From: an uncultured bacterium
Lineage (GTDB): Bacteria > Cyanobacteriota > Vampirovibrionia > Gastranaerophilales > Gastranaerophilaceae
Length of the DNA: 64,000 nucleotides
Direction of reading: 5' to 3'
NCBI GenBank assembly: GCA_949296355.1
Contig: CASFPS010000002.1
Location: 10,781 to 74,780, forward strand
Numbering within the stretch: the stretch's first letter is position 1; each line of letters starts with the position of its first letter. Both the position numbers and the translations under genes were made by a program. The notes under the pieces were generated by a model, which was not told the origin of the DNA, ran no database searches, and saw only the letters and a program-made list of their open reading frames with translations. Of the stretch, positions 38,628 to 50,104 are shown piece after piece.

Positions 38628-39143
38628 TTACCAATCCTTAAATTGAGACAGTATTGCAGTCACTTTTTCAGCTTTCTTTTGATCCATGTTTTTGATTGTC
38701 AGAATCTGATTTTTCTTTGGATTAACAATACAGAAGTCACCGCACATATCTCTGAAATCAATGTAAGCGATTACTCCCTGCTGTGTAGGAAAAGCTTTTG
38801 TTACTGCAGCTGCTTCAGGATGGAAGAAATATGCGGAAGTATATTCCTGCTTTTCATTGAGCGGCTCAATTGTGTTTGCTAACACTTCGGCAAAAGGGCA
38901 TTCTTTGCCTGTATAGTAAATGGCAATTTTCTTCTCGCCGTATGAGTCGGAAATATCCTTCTGGGATTTTAAGTACCCGAGTACATTTTTCGGAATAGCA
39001 CTTGTTGAATATTTAACACCGCCGACTCCGTTAATACGAAGACTTTTCTTAATAATGCCGTTATTACAAACTTGTACTATAAAGAAAATAAATGCGCATA
39101 CGATTAGAACCAGCATAACTAATATAAATTTTTCTCTTTTCAT
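38628..39143 (-). CDS. Hypothetical N-terminally anchored protein
   Basis: ATG 39143 preceded by AGAGGA, preferred over the TTG at 39161. Single TM then a soluble domain. Confidence 0.45.
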   Translation of the reverse strand: MKREKFILVMLVLIVCAFIFFIVQVCNNGIIKKSLRINGVGGVKYSTSAIPKNVLGYLKSQKDISDSYGEKKIAIYYTGKECPFAEVLANTIEPLNEKQEYTSAYFFHPEAAAVTKAFPTQQGVIAYIDFRDMCGDFCIVNPKKNQILTIKNMDQKKAEKVTAILSQFKDW

Positions 39144-39316
39144 AAAATATCCTCTGCTCAATTATAACTTTTTATCTATTATACAATATTTTTTCCGTAT
39201 TGTTAAATCATATAAAAAGAGTATCCCGGATTATCAACCATACTTAAGGATGAGTGCAATTTTTATTCAAATTTGATAAAATAATGTTAAACGAAAGAGA
39301 AGGAACAGGAGGTTAT

Positions 39317-40555
39317 ATGTCTATAGATGACGCATTGGTTATGATTTTAGCCGGCGGAGAAGGAAAACGTCTTTTCCCGCTGACGCAGGACAGGGCAAAA
39401 CCCGCAGTACCGTTTGGCGGCAGATATAGAATAATTGACTTTGTTTTAAATAATTTTATAAATTCCGGTTTCTATAAAATAAAAGTTTTAACCCAGTATA
39501 AATCAGATTCATTAAACAAACATATTTCAAAGGGCTGGGCGCTTTCTCCGTTTTTAAACCAGTATGTTGACCTTGTTCCCGCCCAGATGAGAACCGGCGG
39601 AACCTGGTATCAGGGAACGGCGGATGCTGTTTATCAGAATGCGTTTCATATTCATGACGAAGACCCTGATTATGTATGTGTTTTTGGCGGAGACCACGTT
39701 TACAAAATGGATGTTTCCCAGATGCTCAAATTTCATAAAAGGAATCAGTCAGATTTAACAATATCCGCAATACCTATTCCGATTGAAGAAGCCCATGAAT
39801 TCGGGATTATAGAAGTTGACGAGGATTGGAGACTTACCGGATTTGTAGAAAAACCTGCAACTCCTCCAAAAGCAATGCCTAATAATCCTAATATGTGTCT
39901 TGCCTCTATGGGAAATTATATTTTTAATAAAGATATTCTGCTTGGAGCGCTTGAAGAAGATGCAAGGATTGAAACCTCAAACCATGACTTTGGTAAAAAC
40001 GTCATTCCTATGCTTTTGAAGCAGGAAAAGAGAATTTTTATATACAATTTTAATGAAAATTATTTTCCGGGAATGACAGAAAAAGAAAAAGGCTACTGGC
40101 GTGATGTAGGCGGAATTGATGCTTACTGGCAGGCAAACATGGATTTGCTCGACTATGAGCCGGAATTAAATTTATACTCAAAAGAATGGCCTATTAGAAC
40201 ATTCAATTACAACTATCCCCCTGCAAAATTCATCTGGCAGCAGGGTGACAGAGTCGGGATGGCAACAAACTCAATGGTTTCTGAAGGGTGTATTGTATCA
40301 GGAGGCATGCTCTCAAGATGTGTTCTCTCGCCGGAAGTTAAAATTAACAGCTATTCTCAGGTATATGACAGCATCCTGATGGAAAATGTTAATGTCGGCA
40401 GGTATTCTGAAATCAGAAAAGCAATCATTGATAAAAATGTTATTATACCTCCGTATACAAAAATCGGCATAGACCGGGAAGATGATATCCGGAGGGGCTT
40501 CTATGTATCAGAAGGCGGAGTTACTGTTGTAAGAAAGAATGCACGGCTTTCTTAG
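39317..40555 (+). CDS. glgC: Glucose-1-phosphate adenylyltransferase
   Basis: ILAGGEGKRLFPLTQDRAKPAVPFGGRYRIIDF. ATG 39317 preceded by AGGAGG. Confidence 0.93.
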   Translation: MSIDDALVMILAGGEGKRLFPLTQDRAKPAVPFGGRYRIIDFVLNNFINSGFYKIKVLTQYKSDSLNKHISKGWALSPFLNQYVDLVPAQMRTGGTWYQGTADAVYQNAFHIHDEDPDYVCVFGGDHVYKMDVSQMLKFHKRNQSDLTISAIPIPIEEAHEFGIIEVDEDWRLTGFVEKPATPPKAMPNNPNMCLASMGNYIFNKDILLGALEEDARIETSNHDFGKNVIPMLLKQEKRIFIYNFNENYFPGMTEKEKGYWRDVGGIDAYWQANMDLLDYEPELNLYSKEWPIRTFNYNYPPAKFIWQQGDRVGMATNSMVSEGCIVSGGMLSRCVLSPEVKINSYSQVYDSILMENVNVGRYSEIRKAIIDKNVIIPPYTKIGIDREDDIRRGFYVSEGGVTVVRKNARLS

Positions 40556-40628
40556 AAGTAAAATATTGTCTATTATTAATCTTTGTAACAAATGCTTGCA
40601 TGAAAAAAGTTTTATGCAATAATTAATT

Positions 40629-41333
40629 ATGGACATAAAGTGTAATACTAACCCTTATTATTTTAACAAATATTATTATCCCCCGCAAAGTGAAGGGACA
40701 GTATTTCAGGGAGCATACAAATTACCTCCGAGGGATTTAAGGAAAAGTGTGGATATTTTTGTGAGAAGACCGGCTGACGCAGAACGCGCTGCCGGTCTTC
40801 CGGACATTAAGCCGGTTGTGATTAAACCGAAAACATCTGTCTTACAAAAAATTGGAAACTACGCAAAAAACTATGTTAAAAATATCAAACATACTTATGA
40901 GCATAAAGTTGTTTTTGCCCTTGTAGAAAGAGAACTTTTTGGCGGAAACACGATTGACAGTGTTACACATGATTTAGATAAGATGATATTGTACCTTCTT
41001 GGTTTTCCAAAATCTTTTGTCTCAAAATTTCACCGGACTCATTCAGCGCACCATCCGGAAAGCGGAAAGACAATGAATCTCAGAAGTATGTTATGTGATA
41101 ACATTGCATCTTCGCCGGAATTTAAGCCGGAAAAGAAACGCTCATTAAGAGAACATTACAGAACCTGCAAAATGCTGCAGAATGTCGACGGGTTTAAAAA
41201 TGTTCTTGAAAGATACAACTACGGCGAAGATTTAAACTTCCAAAAAATTAATGAAGAAAAGAATTCAAAATATATGAACTTAAAAGGGTTTATGCTTGTA
41301 ACAAGTAAACTTGCTTTACTGAACCTCTTTTAA
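40629..41333 (+). CDS. Hypothetical protein with HD-like His/Asp motifs
   Basis: YEHK...THDLDKM...HRTHSAHHPE. Tyr/Pro-rich N-terminus. Family not recognised. Confidence 0.4.
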   Translation: MDIKCNTNPYYFNKYYYPPQSEGTVFQGAYKLPPRDLRKSVDIFVRRPADAERAAGLPDIKPVVIKPKTSVLQKIGNYAKNYVKNIKHTYEHKVVFALVERELFGGNTIDSVTHDLDKMILYLLGFPKSFVSKFHRTHSAHHPESGKTMNLRSMLCDNIASSPEFKPEKKRSLREHYRTCKMLQNVDGFKNVLERYNYGEDLNFQKINEEKNSKYMNLKGFMLVTSKLALLNLF

Positions 41334-42095
41334 CTGAGCCCAGATTGAAGGATTTTCAGTATCATAGTCCATTAAATCAATAATCCTGTATTGCGGAAGC
41401 CCTGCAGTTGTTATATGCGTTATTCCGTTAAGATTTTTTTCACTGTTAACGCCAAAATGTCCTGAAATTATTGCTTTTACATTTTTGTGCTTTGCAAGAA
41501 CAGCCATGTAATTCTCCGGTTTAAATGTGTAATATGTTTCTTTTGCCTCAGGAGGAATCAGCGGAAAATGCTGGAATATTATCACATGGTTTTCGGGATA
41601 TTTTGCAAGTTCTCCGTCAAGCCAAGCCAGCACGTCATCTTTGTAATACCCGTTTGTGCCAGGTATGACTTCTTTTGAACCGTCAGCAACAATAAATACA
41701 ACTCCGTGTTTTTCAAAAGTATAATTAGGCTTTTCAGGTTTATATTTTCTTACATTTTTCTTTATGGTTCTAATATAATCAACTTTGCTTAAGTGTTTAA
41801 GTTTATTAACATCTTTGTCTCCAAGCACTATATAAAAAGGACACTTGAGCTTTTTTGCTTCCTCCAGAAAAGATTTCAGAAGCTCTTCCGAGGGCTTGGA
41901 AATATTATCGCCGGTAAATACAACAAACTCCACATCTTTTTGTTTGTTAATATCTTTGACAGCTTCTTTTAGCGCAGTATTTTCCGAAGCGTCAGAAAAT
42001 CTTGCATCGCTTATTTGTGCAAACCTTAAATCCTTTGCCTGAACTGCTGATACAAAAAATAAAAATGTTAAAAATAAACTTAAAAGTCTTTTCAT
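41316..42095 (-). CDS. Secreted calcineurin-like metallophosphoesterase
   Basis: Signal peptide, DxH-like (ISDARF), GDN (FTGDN), GH (SGHFG). Confidence 0.75.
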   Translation of the reverse strand: MKRLLSLFLTFLFFVSAVQAKDLRFAQISDARFSDASENTALKEAVKDINKQKDVEFVVFTGDNISKPSEELLKSFLEEAKKLKCPFYIVLGDKDVNKLKHLSKVDYIRTIKKNVRKYKPEKPNYTFEKHGVVFIVADGSKEVIPGTNGYYKDDVLAWLDGELAKYPENHVIIFQHFPLIPPEAKETYYTFKPENYMAVLAKHKNVKAIISGHFGVNSEKNLNGITHITTAGLPQYRIIDLMDYDTENPSIWAQLKEVQ

Positions 42096-42190
42096 TCCTA
42101 CCTCAACAAAATGATTTTAGCATAAAAATACTATACTTTTTTCAAAAATAGTTTATAATGTACATGCAATGTATAATTTAGGACATAATT

Positions 42191-42451
42191 ATGTCTTTTG
42201 ATTTTAGTAATATCAACCCGATCAACAAAGCTCAATCAGCGTATAAAGACGGCAGCGGTATGGGCGGCGGCGGAATGTATTTTCGCCAGCGCGGTAAGCG
42301 CAAAGGTGAAGAAGATGACGACATGTTTGAACGCAGTGACGATAAAGACCCGAATGAGATTGAGTTTGAAACCGAACTTAAGGAAGAAGAAATTCCTAAA
42401 GACAATCTGGTAAATAAGTTTGTAAACTGGTTCAGAATCCGGAAAAAATAG
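42191..42451 (+). CDS. 86-aa acidic, probably disordered protein
   Basis: MSFDFSNINPINKAQSAYKD...EEDDDMFERSDD...LVNKFVNWFRIRKK. See the FlgM-like finding. Confidence 0.45.
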   Translation: MSFDFSNINPINKAQSAYKDGSGMGGGGMYFRQRGKRKGEEDDDMFERSDDKDPNEIEFETELKEEEIPKDNLVNKFVNWFRIRKK

Positions 42452-42458
42452 CCGGAAT

Positions 42459-43088
42459 TTATACGGTTTGCAGCTTCGCAAAATGTTTTTTCAGGAAAGA
42501 CGGGCGGTGGTATTTACAAAGCCCGTACTTATCAATTGCGTCTAAATGTTCTTTTGTTAAATATCCGGCATTTTTCGCCCAATTGTACATCGGAAATTCT
42601 TCATGGAGCTTTGTCATATATCTGTCGCGGCTGACTTTTGCAAGAACACTTGCGGCTGCAATAGAGGCAGACTTTGAATCCCCTTTTATAATAAACTGCT
42701 GGTCATATTGAAAGTTTTTGATTAATTTATTTCCGTCAACCAGAACAAGAGAATCCGGTCGGGTAATTACTGCAGAGCAGGCAATATTCATTGCTTTAAG
42801 CGAGGAGTTAAGTATATTAATTTTTTCAATTTCATCAACTTCTACGCAGACAATCTTGTTTCTGGTGTTATTTTTGATTATGCCATAGATAGATTCGCGC
42901 TTTTTTGGAGTAAGTTTTTTTGAATCATTGAGAATACTTAAATCTTTTATTAACCCGGCGGTAATATCTTCAAACTCTACAGCGGCAGCAAAAACCCCGC
43001 CTGCTGCCGGTCCTCTGCCGGCTTCGTCAGTACCTATTATCGGCTTGTTAAAATTTTTATCAAATTCAAAAAGAAGTTCAGAAGTCAT
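42459..43088 (-). CDS. rnhB: Ribonuclease HII
   Basis: GTDEAGRGPAAGGVFAAAV, DSKKL. Confidence 0.92.
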   Translation of the reverse strand: MTSELLFEFDKNFNKPIIGTDEAGRGPAAGGVFAAAVEFEDITAGLIKDLSILNDSKKLTPKKRESIYGIIKNNTRNKIVCVEVDEIEKINILNSSLKAMNIACSAVITRPDSLVLVDGNKLIKNFQYDQQFIIKGDSKSASIAAASVLAKVSRDRYMTKLHEEFPMYNWAKNAGYLTKEHLDAIDKYGLCKYHRPSFLKKHFAKLQTV

Positions 43089-43138
43089 AGCTGTATTTTA
43101 GCATGAATGCGTAAAAAAATCGGCTGCCTATAACTGGC

Positions 43139-43167
43139 TTGATTTTTTAGTATTTAGTTGATAATAT
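43139..43167 (+). promoter_or_regulatory. Sigma-70 promoter TTGATT-N17-TAATAT upstream of the repeat array and tRNA
   Basis: -35 at 43139-43144, -10 at 43162-43167. Confidence 0.45.
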
Positions 43168-43169
43168 AA

Positions 43170-43650
43170 ATTTTGTTAGCGGAGGCAGGCTCTGAGTAAA
43201 AGTGAAGAGGAAGCCTTGTTGAAAAACAAATATTAAAGTCGTCACGGGTCTGTGGCACTCTGCCGAGCAAAAGTTGACTAAATGTCAAGTTTTGTGAGAG
43301 GTAGGAAGCGCACACGGAGCGGAAGCGTAGTCAGCGCTACCGCAAGCCCGAGATTGAAAATCAAATATCTAAGTCGTCGCGGGCCTGTGGCACTCTGCCG
43401 AGCAAAAGTTGACTAAACGTCAAGTTTTGCGAGAGGTAGGGAGCGCACACGGAGCGGAAGCGGAGTCAGCGCTAACGCAAGCCCGAGATTGAAATTTAAA
43501 TATCTAAGTCGTCACGGGCCTGTGGCACTCTGCCGAGCAAAAGTTGACTAAATGTCAAGTTTTGCGAGAGGTAGGGAGCGCACACGGAGCGAATGCGGAG
43601 TCAGCGCTAACGCAAGCCCGAGATTGAAATTTAAATATCTAAGTCGTCAC
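43170..43650 (+). repeat. 135-bp tandem repeat (3 full units plus a degenerate partial unit), each unit reusing the tRNA leader and first 11 nt
   Basis: GGG(C/T)CTGTGGC starts at 43246, 43381, 43516 and 43651 (period 135). The last one is the genuine tRNA 5' end. Confidence 0.9.
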
Positions 43651-43722
43651 GGGCCTGTGGCGCAGCGGTAGCGCAGAGGACTCATAATCCTTTGGTCGTG
43701 GGTTCGAATCCCTCCGGGCCCA
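43651..43722 (+). tRNA. tRNA with CAT anticodon (Met or lysidine-type Ile2)
   Basis: Manual cloverleaf: acceptor GGGCCTG/CGGGCCC, D stem GCGC/GCGC, anticodon arm GAGGA-CTCATAA-TCCTT, T arm GTGGG-TTCGAAT-CCCTC (one U.U mismatch). Confidence 0.8.
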
Positions 43723-43730
43723 AATTTTAT

Positions 43731-43756
43731 AAAAAGAGCCTTTTAGGCTCTTTTTT
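43731..43756 (+). terminator. Rho-independent terminator after the tRNA
   Basis: AAGAGCC-tttt-AGGCTCTT plus TTTT. Confidence 0.8.
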
Positions 43757-43991
43757 AGTGTCCTGTTAAGCTGTATTTTAAAGCCCCGTGTATTTTAATG
43801 TCCGATTTGTATATAAGCTGTAAACTGTCGGTTGGGCATACCTGTCAAAAATAATCAATTCAAGTGTCAATTTACTGTCCGGCTTATTGTTAATCCAATA
43901 ACCTGTCGACCGGGCTTAGAGAAAGTTTTTGACAAAATCGGAATTATGAACGACAGCATTGCTAAAAAATGTAATGAAGCAAGTGAAAAAA

Positions 43992-45722
43992 TCAGACCTT
44001 AGCCGGGTGTAAAATTGTATTAACAAACCCGAATTTATTCGTATCAAAAACCCCTTTATCCGTGACTTTCAGTTCAGGAATTACAGGCAGAGACAAAAAT
44101 CCCATTGTCATAAACGGATCGTTTAATGTACATCCGATTGAGGAAGCAGCCCTATTTAGCTCTTCGCACTTATCTACAACATAATCAAACTCTTTATCCG
44201 ACATCAAGCCTGCAATCGGAAGCGAAAGCTGCGATAAGATTTCTCCGTTATTAACTACAACCTTGCCGCCCTGACATTTGATTAAAGCAACTGCAGCCTC
44301 GTACATGTCTGCATCATTTGTACCTATAACAATCATGTTATGTGAATCGTGAGCAACGGTTGAGGCTATAGCACCGCATTTGAGATTAAACCCTTTAACA
44401 AAGCCTTTGCCGATATTTCCGGTTGCCCTATGTCTTTCAATAACACAAATTTTCAAAGTATCGTTGTCTAAATTGCTTACAGCGTTGCCGTTTACGACTC
44501 TGACTTCCGACTCAACCGACTTAGTAATCAATTGATGAGGAATGACTTCTATTGTACGGACTTTTATATTTCCGCTCTCAACTCCCGCCTCGATTTTGAA
44601 GTCCTCCGGAGTAATCCATCTTACATTAACCGAGTTTCTCATGGAAAGCTCTTCGTTTTCCCTGAGCGGAGCCGTCAGTTTGCCGTTTTGTGCAACTATA
44701 TTGCCGTTTTTTATTACAACATCCGGTTTAAAACTCTTCAAATCCGGCAAAATAAGCATATCCGCTTTATACCCCGGAGCAATTGCACCGAGATTGTTCA
44801 GCCCAAAATACTCTGCTGTATTCAAGCTTGCGACCTGAACCGCTTTTATCGGATCTACTCCCGCTTCAACCGCGCGTCTTACCATACCGTTAATATGTTC
44901 TTTTAAATCTGCAGGATGTCTGTCATCCGTTACAAAAATGCATTTTCTTGTATTGCAGTTTTTAAGAACCGGAATAAGCGCGTCCAAATCCTTAGCAGCC
45001 GTGCCTTCTCTAATCATGACGTACATTCCAAGCCGGATTCTTTCTATGGCTTCCTCCGGAGTTGTGCATTCATGATCGGATTTCACTCCGCTTGCAATGT
45101 AAGCGCACAAGTCTTTTCCGCCCAGATACGGCGCATGACCGTCAATTCTCTTGTCTTTAGATTTTGCAAGTTCTAATTTTGCCATAACGTTTTTATCTAA
45201 ATTCAAAACCCCCGGAAAATTCATCATCTCCGCAATACCTAAAACCCACGGCTTATCAATCAAAAGCGACAGGTCATAACTGTTTAGGTCAAAACCTGAT
45301 GTCTCATAAGGTGTAGCCGGAACGCAGGACGGAAGCATTGTATAAACATCAATCGGAAGATTTCTGACTGCCTCGTGCATAAAGCTTATTCCGTGAAGTC
45401 CGAGTACGTTTGAAATCTCATGCGGGTCAATAATTACGGTTGTAGTACCGGCAGGAAGAACAATTTTTGCAAACTCACGCGGAAGCATCATCGTACTTTC
45501 CAGATGCACATGTCCGTCAATAAATGCAGGGGTCACATATGCGCCGTTTATATCAATCTCTTTTTCGCCTTGATAATCCCTGCCGATTCCTGCAATTATT
45601 CCGTCAGTAATTGCAATATCACATTTGTGTATTTCTTCTGACAAAACATTTACAAGGTTTGCATTTTTTATAACTAAATCCGCTTTTTCTATACCGCGCG
45701 CAACATTTATTAAATTCGCCAT
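43992..45722 (-). CDS. ade: Adenine deaminase
   Basis: FIDGHVHLESTM, 576 aa, two-domain amidohydrolase. Confidence 0.88.
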   Translation of the reverse strand: MANLINVARGIEKADLVIKNANLVNVLSEEIHKCDIAITDGIIAGIGRDYQGEKEIDINGAYVTPAFIDGHVHLESTMMLPREFAKIVLPAGTTTVIIDPHEISNVLGLHGISFMHEAVRNLPIDVYTMLPSCVPATPYETSGFDLNSYDLSLLIDKPWVLGIAEMMNFPGVLNLDKNVMAKLELAKSKDKRIDGHAPYLGGKDLCAYIASGVKSDHECTTPEEAIERIRLGMYVMIREGTAAKDLDALIPVLKNCNTRKCIFVTDDRHPADLKEHINGMVRRAVEAGVDPIKAVQVASLNTAEYFGLNNLGAIAPGYKADMLILPDLKSFKPDVVIKNGNIVAQNGKLTAPLRENEELSMRNSVNVRWITPEDFKIEAGVESGNIKVRTIEVIPHQLITKSVESEVRVVNGNAVSNLDNDTLKICVIERHRATGNIGKGFVKGFNLKCGAIASTVAHDSHNMIVIGTNDADMYEAAVALIKCQGGKVVVNNGEILSQLSLPIAGLMSDKEFDYVVDKCEELNRAASSIGCTLNDPFMTMGFLSLPVIPELKVTDKGVFDTNKFGFVNTILHPAKV

Positions 45723-45723
45723 T

Positions 45724-46314
45724 TTATACCTGCAAAATCAAATTTTTGTAATCACAGAGTCTGGAAAGATTTTTCCCCTCCAGAACTTCTTCAATTATAT
45801 CCTTGAATTTCTCAGCCCCTTCTGTTTTCATTCCCCGAGGAAGTTTAATATCAGTATTTGTTTTAGTATTCACAAACCCTTTATTTATAACCAGAAACTC
45901 CCTGTACATTTCAAGGACTTTTAAATCTTCCTGATTAACATTGTAGCTGATTCCGAGAAAATATTTCATATCTTTAGGCAAAAGTTCCAGAAACTTAATC
46001 ATAAAATCAGTTTCGGAAGTGTTTTCTTCTTCATTGTATTCTCCCCCGAGGCAGTGATTATCCAGAATTTCCTGCTCCGGCTGCGTCTTAATATAAGCTG
46101 CCCACATAAGACATCCGATATAAAAACCTAAATTATTATATAAAAGTTCCAGAAATTTTTTGTAATACTGCCGGAATTTCATTTTTCTCTGGGAAAGATT
46201 TTTAAATCTGTTAATATCAAGATAAAGATACTCGACCGTGCCTCTGAACGCCAGAATATACGGCGCAAACCCCGGATCAAATTCCAAGCCTTTTAATTTT
46301 GTTTCCATAAACAT
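45724..46314 (-). CDS. Hypothetical protein, abuts ade
   Basis: 196 aa with no recognisable motif. Its stop is 1 nt before the ade ATG. Confidence 0.45.
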   Translation of the reverse strand: MFMETKLKGLEFDPGFAPYILAFRGTVEYLYLDINRFKNLSQRKMKFRQYYKKFLELLYNNLGFYIGCLMWAAYIKTQPEQEILDNHCLGGEYNEEENTSETDFMIKFLELLPKDMKYFLGISYNVNQEDLKVLEMYREFLVINKGFVNTKTNTDIKLPRGMKTEGAEKFKDIIEEVLEGKNLSRLCDYKNLILQV

Positions 46315-46519
46315 TTCCCTTTCGGTATTTATAATATATTATCACAAAAAGTGGGAAATCGTACGGAAATATCTTCTCTCTTAGCAAAATTAATCCTCTT
46401 TACATCGCTTCCCGTTTATGCTCTAATAAAAAGAGGTTTGACACTATATTCAGGGGAAATCGGGATTAAAATTATTTAGTCCGGTTTCGCAAACTGATAA
46501 AATTTAAGTAGGAGAGGTT

Positions 46520-46999
46520 ATGAAAACAGAAGAAAGAACATTTGTTGCGATTAAGCCGGACGGCGTAAAAAGAGGTATGATAGGCAAAATTCTTGAAAGG
46601 TTTGAAAACAAGGGTTTCAAGATTGTCGCAATGAAATTACTTCAGGTAACACCTGATTTGGCTGCAAAACATTATGAAGAACATCAGGGTAAACCTTTTT
46701 ATAACAGACTTGTACACTATATTACAAGCGGTCCTATTGTTGCAATGGTTGTGGAAGGATATGAGGCAATAGAAAGCGTTCGCCATATTGTCGGAGCAAC
46801 AAACCCGCAAAAAGCTGATGTCGGAACGATTAGAGCGGATTTTGCACAGGTTATGGAATACAATATTATCCACGCTTCTGACTCTCCTGAAAGCGCTCAG
46901 AGAGAAATTAATCTCTACTTCAAGCCGGAAGAAATTTATGACAACTGGCAGTCTATGCTTGAAATGATTACTTTTGACGAAGAAAGATTTCAGGGCTAA
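46520..46999 (+). CDS. ndk: Nucleoside diphosphate kinase
   Basis: ERTFVAIKPDGV, NIIHASDS active-site His. Confidence 0.95.
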   Translation: MKTEERTFVAIKPDGVKRGMIGKILERFENKGFKIVAMKLLQVTPDLAAKHYEEHQGKPFYNRLVHYITSGPIVAMVVEGYEAIESVRHIVGATNPQKADVGTIRADFAQVMEYNIIHASDSPESAQREINLYFKPEEIYDNWQSMLEMITFDEERFQG

Positions 47000-47082
47000 A
47001 GAGTATTTTGCCGGTGTAATTTGAACATTCACAATAAAAATGCTGGTCGGGCTTTGCGTGACAAAAACATTAATTATAATGG

Positions 47083-49255
<2,173 letters not shown>

Positions 49256-49271
49256 ACACACTCCTTTTAGC

Positions 49272-49307
49272 ATATTTAAATTCCGTAAATATAAAAAATT
49301 GCCTTTT
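49272..49307 (-). promoter_or_regulatory. AAGGCA-ATTTTT upstream box, copy C
   Basis: The minus-strand read (49308-49272) is AAAAAGGCAATTTTTTATATTTACGGAATTTAAATAT. Confidence 0.3.
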
Positions 49308-49363
49308 TATTATTAATTGTTAAAAAATGTTAAAAATATGTTATAATAAAGAAGAGGTGTAGT

Positions 49364-49609
49364 ATGAAAAAAATCTGCTCTTTAATTTTGTGTGTTTCTG
49401 TAGTTATGCTTATTACATCTGCCTGTACAGTTAAGCAGACAGGTTCTATGATAAAATCTCAGAGACGCTTTGCAAAATACATTGAACCTCAAAAAGATGA
49501 GACGCAGGGCGGTGTAGTGGATTTATCAGAAGGACCAAAGCTTAAGTATGAAGCAAATTTTGGTCCAAAAACTCCGGATTTTGACTTTAAGATAGAAAAT
49601 CCTTATTAA
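49364..49609 (+). CDS. Small lipoprotein
   Basis: Lipobox LITSAC after a hydrophobic signal. Confidence 0.6.
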   Translation: MKKICSLILCVSVVMLITSACTVKQTGSMIKSQRRFAKYIEPQKDETQGGVVDLSEGPKLKYEANFGPKTPDFDFKIENPY

Positions 49610-49615
49610 ATTATT

Positions 49616-49969
49616 ATGGAAGATATAAAAAACAGAAAATATGTAGGCAGACTGATTTATTCAGTTTTGGCGGAAAGAAAGAAGGTTAGGGAAGCTCTTT
49701 TACTTTTTCCGGAAAGTTCTGATAAAAGTATTGAATGCGCTTATCACGCGCTTGTACATTTTGAGGCGGATGAAGATTTAAGATACAAAGATTTTGACTA
49801 CCGGGAAGAACAGAATGACTATTTAGAATTCATTGCCCAGACTCTTTCTGCAGGGAAAAGCCTCCCCAGAAACATTATTGCCGATTATGAACCTTATTAC
49901 AAAGGGATTGCCCGAAAATGGGAACAAGGCGGTTTTTGGAAAGAATTTTTGAGATTTATTAATTTATAA
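49616..49969 (+). CDS. Hypothetical protein
   Basis: 117 aa, soluble, no motif recognised. Confidence 0.4.
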   Translation: MEDIKNRKYVGRLIYSVLAERKKVREALLLFPESSDKSIECAYHALVHFEADEDLRYKDFDYREEQNDYLEFIAQTLSAGKSLPRNIIADYEPYYKGIARKWEQGGFWKEFLRFINL

Positions 49970-50033
49970 TTGTTTTGGAATCTTTATCTGCCGAACTTAA
50001 CTTATCTTTACATTTCCTTATAAAATCATGATT

Positions 50034-50060
50034 TCAAGGCAATTTTTTGTAAGCCGATTA
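50034..50060 (+). promoter_or_regulatory. Sigma-28-type promoter TCAAGGCA-N11-GCCGATTA
   Basis: Spacing identical to the FliA consensus. The -10 matches GCCGATAA at 7 of 8 positions. TCAAG-type -35 boxes are known for FliA in some proteobacteria. Confidence 0.6.
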
Positions 50061-50104
50061 CTTTATATATTTAGTTAGGTTTATTTTTGTAAAGGTTTAT
50101 TGTT

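Noticed and set aside
46315-46519. Purine riboswitch upstream of the hypothetical-ade operon
   Set aside because: I could not find the conserved purine-aptamer core (the UAUA...CUACC/GGUAG-type junction) on either strand.
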